In this document: piece by piece, positions 24,000-30,611 of the stretch
Position numbering within the stretch: position 1 is the first letter of the stretch
Layout: each line of letters opens with the position of its first letter
NCBI RefSeq assembly: GCF_006345805.1
Contig: NW_021832465.1
Span: 1-30,611, forward strand
Source: Octopus sinensis
Lineage: Eukaryota
Reading direction: 5' to 3'
Length of the DNA: 30,611 nt
Notes under the pieces: model-generated
Seen by the model: the letters and a program-made list of their open reading frames with translations, nothing else
Told to the model about the DNA's origin: nothing
Databases searched by the model: none
Position numbers and translations under genes: made by a program

Positions 24000-24510
24000 C
24001 CGTAAATCCTCGAGTATAATCCGCATTTTTTCCCAAAATGTAAGGGTCAAAATAACTAGTGCGTATTATATACGGGGTTTAAAATGAAAATTGTTTTCTA
24101 AGCAATGTCCGAGTCTGTATTTTCTGTCCGGCAATGTTTATTCAGACGAATTTTGCGATGTAGGGCGCGAAAATAGCTTAAGCTAAGCCTGAAAGCAATG
24201 AGGTCATAAAAGAATCATCTATAACTTGCAATAAGCAACATTTATTAAACATTATTACTGTTATTTCTTTATTTTCTGCAAACAAAATGTACAAAAAAGC
24301 TACACGTTTGCATTATGTTATATATACAATAATAATAAAGGACATTACCATATACATTTTTAAAAACCAAGGACGTTATATAGACCTCCTTGACTCAAGT
24401 TAGAGAAGGGGTGCGTATTATACACAAGGTTTAGGTTTTTCAGAGGTACAGCCCCCTAAAAGTCCCCTGCGTATTATATTCTAGGGCGGACTATACTCGA
24501 GGATTTACGG
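24000..24510. mobile_element. 511-bp MITE of the Tc1/mariner superfamily, Tc2/pogo-like
   Basis: 25-bp TIRs CCGTAAATCCTCGAGTATA(A/G)TCCGC with 24/25 match (24000-24024, 24486-24510), TA duplication (23998-23999, 24511-24512), no ORF. CCGTA-starting TIRs are typical of Tc2-related elements. Confidence 0.9.
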
Positions 24511-24914
24511 TAAGTACTAGAAACAAATTATCTATCTACACTAAATAACTTTAGGGCTAAATAGTTAAGTTCATGCATTGTTCCCCCATTTCTATTAGTT
24601 ACGAAGTTTACACACATATGAGTAGTGAAAGTAGGTAGATAGGTATACGAATGTAGCAATTCGAACGTTGAGAATTCCCTTTCTCATCAAACCAATGCAT
24701 ACTTTATCAGATATTGAAGCTATATCAAAAGCTAACCCTGTGATTTTCAAGAGACTACAGTTTTGATATCTGCAAAGGTGCTTTTGCTATTTGTCACGTG
24801 TTAAAATACATTTTATTTATTTTCACGTGGCAGAGATTGTTGAAACAAATTGGACATATGATTCCGAATGCTGAAAATAAAATTAACCTTGCTTAATTCA
24901 CTTAAAACTAGGAC

Positions 24915-24964
24915 AGAATTCGGAACACAAAGAATTCAGAACACAAAAGAATTCAGAGCACAAA
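24915..24964. repeat. Three tandem 16-17-bp units AGAATTC(A/G)GA(A/G)CACAA(A)
   Basis: Direct inspection; no spacers. Confidence 0.85.
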
Positions 24965-25080
24965 CAACCTGAACATATACCACAAGGTATCTTCGCCGTA
25001 CACTCAAACTATACTCGATTGGTTCTTTATCTTATGGACATCAAAAGGAGAAAAGGCAAAAATGACTTCGGCAGGAAGCG

Positions 25081-25081
<1 letters not shown>

Positions 25082-25117
<36 letters not shown>

Positions 25118-25196
25118 GTATGGTATAAATATGTGTGTGTATCTATGTATATATACACATATACATATATGTTTGTATATTAACTATTGATATATA

Positions 25197-25256
<60 letters not shown>

Positions 25257-25292
25257 TCAAAATAAGCAACATAATCAATATAATATATATAT
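25082..25292. repeat. (TA)n microsatellites
   Basis: Direct inspection. Confidence 0.9.
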
Positions 25293-27018
25293 AGCAATTG
25301 AAGCAGTATTTATGTCAAAAGTTAATATTTATAGCCACTTAAAAGTGGATATTGTGTTGGTTACCATCAAAGAACCTCTCATATGGACTTTGGTGCATAC
25401 AAGCGCTCTAGTTTATGTCGCCAGCGGGTCTTCTGCGTCAGCATATATAGGTTATCTTTCGAATTCATTTAAGTGTTCCACTTTTAATTGTGTCACCACT
25501 GTTTTTTATTCTTTTTTTTTTTTATTTTGCACGCAGTTTCAGGGAAGAATTGATAATATAATATACACAGGAAAAAAAATTTTCCTGTGTAAAATTAAAT
25601 CAAAACTATTCCCCTCTCACATATATTAACATTACTAAAACTGGGCTATCGATGACATACTTTACTGATTGACTATTGATGTTGCTGATAAGATACTATA
25701 TTTTTTCACCTCGCTGAATACAAATTGTGAAGCGTTTAGAACAAAATCTTATTCACTCATCTTTCAATACTTTACAAGTTTTTGTCCTCTGGTTACTCAC
25801 TCCATCTGACACACACACTGTTTTATCTAAAGTCTGCCCCAGGGTATTTTTCTTCCCCAATCACTTCCCTTTCTTCATTCAATGTCTTCCTTTCACTCTC
25901 TCTCTCTCTCTCTCCCTCTCTTTCTATGTCTGTCTGTCTACATATTAATCTATCGTTTTATTCCTCTCTTCGCTTTGATCAACTAAAAGCTGTAGGGGAT
26001 CCTAAATAAACGTAGACTGGAATATAGGAAATCTATTACCATAACACAATTTAGATTGAATTAACTAATCATTGCATACGCTACCTTTATATCACTTCAG
26101 GGCACTGAAAATTGCCTTCAGCAATTAAACACTATCTATGTCTCTATATCACGACTAGAAACTGGGCTGCAAAAAAACTGTAGGCAGCTAATTAGAAGGA
26201 ACCCCAAAGTAAAATATAACGAGAACGTTTTGTTCTAAATTCACAAATAATCTGATAGATATTTAACAGGAATAGGAAATCTGTAGCCATATAGAGTTTT
26301 CCAAGAACAAGAGGATGTAAACTAATTAAGCTTAAAATAAATGAGATAATGAATGCCAAAAAGGCATTTAATAATATTTCTTAAAATAAAAATATCTTAT
26401 CGAAGGATTTCTGTTAATTTTAATTTCTTATTAGTATTTTTGTTATATATCTCTAATACGTATAAAAGCTCTGTGTAAACAAAAACAAATTATATGTATA
26501 TATATATATATATATATGTATATGTATTTGCGTACACATACTTAAGAGTGCGTATATGTATGCGTGTGTGTATGTTTATATATTTGGATATGTGTGTGTA
26601 TTTGTGTACATTTGAGTATGTGTGTAATCGTGGATGTGTGTGTGTATACTTGTGCATATTTGTGCACGGTTTTGTGAATAACATATTAAAAAAACGTTGC
26701 AAGGCAAATGATAGAAATGTACAGCTTACTAAATGCATACTGTACAAGATAGAGTCTTGTATTTATGGCTTACGATATGCCTAACAAGGTTGATTGAGAA
26801 CGGAGTCTCATCAATCATGGTAACTGACAATAATACATCAACCGAAACGAATATTTTATTGTCATATACAAAGATGTCAGTGTAATAATGTTGTTCATTT
26901 GTCATCCGCTCAAATCGAAGCAAGGAAACCGAAATTCAATGCTACACGAATATAAGCCTATAAATATTCCAGCAGTTGAGAATGACACCGGCACCAACAC
27001 TAATAGATTTATATATAT

Positions 27019-27494
27019 AAGGCGGCGATCTGGCAGATTCGTCAACGCGCTGGGGGAAATGCTTAGTCGTATTTCGCCAGTCGCTACGGTCTGAGTTCAA
27101 ATTCCCCCGGGATTGACTTTACCTTTCATCCTTTCGGGGTCGATAAATTAAGTACCAGTGAAACACTGAAATCAATATATGTTTTCTTATTACCCACAAG
27201 GGGCTAAACATAGAGGGGACAAACAAGACAGACAAACGAATTAAGTCGATTACAACGACCCCAGTGCGTAACTGGTACTTAATTTATCGACCCCGAAAGA
27301 TGAAAGGCAAAGTCGACCTCGGTGGAATTTGAACTCAGAACGCAGCGGCGGACGAAATACCGCAAAGCATTTCGCCCGGCGTGCTAACGATTCTGCCAGA
27401 TCGCCGCCTTATGGAGTCAATATAATCGACTTAATCCCTTCGTTTGACCTTGTTTGTCCCCTCTACGTTTAGCCACTTGTGGGCAATCAAGAAA
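27019..27494 (+). mobile_element. SINE family B, host copy split by an antisense copy
   Basis: 5' part 27019-27179 (TGGCAGATTCG A-box, GAGTTCAAATTCC B-box, CCTTTCATCCTTTCGGGGTCGATAAATTAAGTACCAG Meta-like domain); 3' part resumes at 27412. Confidence 0.9.
27180..27411 (-). mobile_element. SINE family B, full length, nested antisense
   Basis: Complete head to tail on the - strand, flanked by a diverged 13-bp duplication TGAAATCAATATA / TGGAGTCAATATA (11/13). Confidence 0.92.
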
Positions 27495-27501
27495 TATATA
27501 T

Positions 27502-27720
27502 AAGGCGGCGAACTGGCAGATTCGTTAACGTGCTGGAGGAAAATGCTTAGTGGTATTTCGCCCGTCGCTACGTTCTGAGTTCAAATTCCCCTGAGGTCGA
27601 CTTTACTTATCATTCTTTCCGGTTGATAAATTAAGTACCAGGGAAACACTGGTGTCGATATAATCGACTAGTCCCCACCCAACACACCTGAGGCCTTGTG
27701 CTTCCAGTAGAAAGGATTAA
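27502..27720 (+). mobile_element. SINE family B with an alternative 3' tail
   Basis: Same head and Meta-like body as 27019; tail is TAGTCCCCACCCAACACACCTGAGGCCTTGTGCTTCCAGTAGAAAGGATT. Confidence 0.9.
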
Positions 27721-28299
27721 CAGATGTACAACCGTGTTAAAGAAATCTATCTAAATACCGACTGAAGTGTGCGTTAATACCTGAATTCGAAACGACAATG
27801 CTGACTCTTAAACGAGATCAGAAAATAAGTCATTTTGAATAAGAGTAATGACGAAAAGGAGAAATTGGTGTTTGAATGTTTCAATTTTAAATTTAGAAAA
27901 ACAGAAGAAAAATATTGACGCTGTGTTTCAGATGTAGTGTAAGATCAAAGTCGCCATTTCGAATAATAACGGTATCACGTACAAACAGAGATAATATTTG
28001 TTTGATCAATTTTTGGAAATAATAGAATAAATTCTCACAGGAGGCGCACTCTTGGCCAAGTCTGAATGTTCTCTGTAGTTTGCTACATGAAAAGAGCGGC
28101 AAAGCACTTGCCTTTTGTTAAATTTGCGTTTGTACATGTGAGAGTACGAATGACAATAGAGTTGTTTGCAATTCAGTAAGAAAGAAGAAGGAAGGTAAGA
28201 AAAAAAAGCTGAAAGAGGAGGAGGCGGATATATGGAGGTAAGTGTGTGTCTGAGTGTGCATGATAATGTGAGAAATATACCTACACATACAGTTGTATA

Positions 28300-28347
28300 C
28301 ATATATATATTTATATATACACACATACTTACATACATACATACATG

Positions 28348-28403
<56 letters not shown>

Positions 28404-28591
28404 CATACATACATACATACATACATACGAGGCGGGAGAGAAAATTCATGCATATGAATTTCATACCGTATTTAATATCATCCTGGAAGTATTATATGTA
28501 TATATGTTATGTATGTGTGTGAGAATGTGAGTGCATGTGTATACGTATATTTATGTGTGTATATATATATACATATATATATATATAATAT

Positions 28592-28667
<76 letters not shown>

Positions 28668-28810
28668 CATACCATACAGACATGTATGCATTTATGGATA
28701 CGATATATATTTATACATGCATACAGACAGTTTTATAAGACATCAAATTGATATATGAGTGTGTGCGTGTGTGTTATGTATGTATGTTTGTATGCATCTA
28801 CGTATGTATA
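28300..28810. repeat. (CATA)/(TA)/(TG) microsatellite field
   Basis: Direct inspection. Confidence 0.9.
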
Positions 28811-29034
28811 TGGATATCAAAACAAAGGATTTAAAAGCATAATTGAAAGCGATAATATTTTAAGTTTCATCAAAAATCCAGAAAATCTAAATACCAATAG
28901 CATTCACACCAAATAGAAGAGGAATGAAATTCCTGTTAGAGGAATGTAAAATGTAGAATTGTTATAGAATTGTTATAGAAGCTCCATTTTGGCTAACAAA
29001 TAATATTAGCTTATCGTTTAACGAACAGAATTGC

Positions 29035-29148
29035 ATATATATATATATATATCATACAAGAAAATGTCTTTAAATGCTCTTTGATTAGATAGATAGATAG
29101 ATAGATACATACATACATACATACATACATACATACATACATACATAC
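29035..29148. repeat. (TA)n and (GATA)n(CATA)n microsatellites
   Basis: Direct inspection. Confidence 0.9.
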
Positions 29149-29152
29149 TCAG

Positions 29153-29292
29153 TTACTCTTTTACTTGTTTCAGTCATTTGATTGCGGCCATGGTGGAGCA
29201 CCACCTTTAGTCGAGCAAATCGACCCCAGGACTTATTCCTTGTAAGTCAAGTACTTATTCTATCGGTGCCTTTTGCTGAACCGCTAAGTTAC
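29153..29292 (-). mobile_element. SINE family A, terminal part of the 3' module only
   Basis: TTACTCTTTTACTTGTTTCAGTCATTTGA..CCGCTAAGTTAC matches 21955-22091. Confidence 0.88.
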
Positions 29293-29345
29293 ATACCATA
29301 CATTAACACAGCAAGGCTTCACATACTTATATATGAATAAAGCAC

Positions 29346-29383
<38 letters not shown>

Positions 29384-29398
29384 ATGTGTGTGTGTGTA

Positions 29399-30163
29399 TC
29401 AGTAGATATATATAAAACAGAAGATGTTTGTGTGTGTGTGACTGTTTGTGGCTTGCGCATCACGTCAACACCGTTTGGACGATTTTCACCAAACTTCACA
29501 CACATATGCATTTTGGTCCAATGAATGTTCCTGGTAGATCGATTTTTCAAATTTTGTTTGATCACAGGACGGGAAAAACTGGACTTATCTCCGGAACCAT
29601 ATACCCAATTCTGCTCAAATTTTATATGAATATGCATTAGGCTCTCGCCCACAGGTTGCAAAATAATGCATGTTTTTAGGGCACTCCATTCAGAGACAGA
29701 ACAAATCGAATATACGTATATTCACGGTCTACACATGCGTTAGGACTCAAGGAAGGAACTCCGATAACGCTGCTTCGGAATCTGGAACCACAACGACTAT
29801 GTAATGGCAAACGACTGGTTGTAAAAAGAAATTATCCTATGTCATCGAAGCGACGATTTTAATGGGCATATAGGCAAGGGGACGACGTATTTATTCTAAG
29901 AATTCCCTTCATTTCATCCGGAGCGGACATTCCCATTTCATTTCGGAGAGTCCAATTTCCAATCCGTGTCAGCTTTGCGATGTTCATCAAAAAGACCCAA
30001 GGCCAAACCCTATCTGTACTGGCATACTTTTAGAAGAGTCAAGATTTTCAAACGGACAACGGTATGTTGGCTGTTCAAAAGTTAGACAGCGGCAAGCTGC
30101 GACCGCCAATTGAAATACGTAGAAAGATGGTGGACAAAAGAGTAATCATCTCAGATTGTCTAG
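29399..30163 (+). mobile_element. Internally deleted Helitron
   Basis: A|TCAGTAGATATATATAAAAC start, TG microsatellite, DINE-1/Lep1-like core repeats and a PIF1 helicase relic. The 3' end at CTAG|T (30160-30164) is tentative because the hairpin is weak. Confidence 0.7.
29740..30090 (+). pseudogene. Helitron RepHel PIF1-type helicase C-terminal fragment, frameshifted
   Basis: LKEGTPITLLRNLEPQRLCNGKRLVVK / YVIEATILMG / DDVFILRIPFIS..FRRVQFPIRVSFAMFIKKTQGQTL / FSNGQRYVGCSKV, matching PIF1 SF1B motifs (LLRNL..LCNGTRL, QFPVRL.FAM.INK.QGQ.L, FSHGQLYV..SRV). Confidence 0.92.
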
Positions 30164-30611
30164 TCAAATAGAAAATAATGTGTTTCATCGCAGATAATCC
30201 TGGCGGCGAATGCCTCCGATTTCACGTTCGAGTATAGAGCAGGTCTGAATAATTTCATAATGTGAATTTCATTCAATAAACACATCTTTTACTGCTATCG
30301 AAATAAGGCTTCCACTTTTCGACTAGCCTCCATCAATGCCATAAAAAGAATTTTTATCCCACAAAATCGGTAAGTATTCTGTACGTCATATTTCTTGAAT
30401 AAATAGATATAGTCTCACAGGCGATGCTTTAACGGACCTTTTGTCTTTCCGCTGTAACATTCCGAAAAGAAGGGTTTTTCCATTCTTATATATGGCGTTT
30501 CATTCTTATACAGCGACCTCTGTGAGTGCTGTTGAAATGAACCAGCTCTAAAAATATTCATGCTAAACACTGGAAATGTGTATATATGTTTGTACATACA
30601 CACACACACAC

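Noticed and set aside
24915-24964. Short direct repeats as a possible CRISPR array
   Set aside because: Units are 16-17 bp, contiguous, without spacers or cas genes, in eukaryotic DNA.
25290-25629. Non-repetitive tail of the 164-aa ORF
   Set aside because: The ORF begins in a TA microsatellite, shows no recognisable domain and has weak splice signals.
26800-26880. CATCAACCGAAACG, reminiscent of Penelope-element ends
   Set aside because: The match is too short and the flanks do not extend it.
27893-28102. 69-aa - strand ORF containing CASC and a 44-nt AG..GT segment
   Set aside because: No recognisable family, weak donor context, and its length is expected by chance.

Overview
AT-rich, repeat-dense eukaryotic DNA, probably intronic or intergenic. 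The SINE families and microsatellite load look like a coleoid cephalopod, most likely Octopus; this is my recollection of those repeats, not a database match. I found no intact protein-coding ORF, RNA gene or CRISPR array, and almost all ORF-track entries are translated microsatellites. Supportable features: a decayed R4/Dong-type LINE 3' end split by a SINE (1-1050); about 15 tRNA-derived SINE copies or fragments from four families, including a nested inverted cluster (27019-27720) and a tail-to-tail pair (21537-22351); a full-length but dead Tc1 transposon with long IR/DR ends (7954-9567); a second mariner-type fragment; a Tc2/pogo-like MITE (24000-24510); an RTE-like LINE relic; a Helitron derivative with a PIF1-helicase fragment (about 29399-30163); and many compound microsatellites. 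A few splice-flanked segments could be small exons of an unidentified host gene, but I cannot assemble or name it. I do not see evidence for a new biological system. The best leads are potential dsRNA from inverted SINEs, modular SINE tails, retroelement tails seeding GAA arrays, and the Helitron join.
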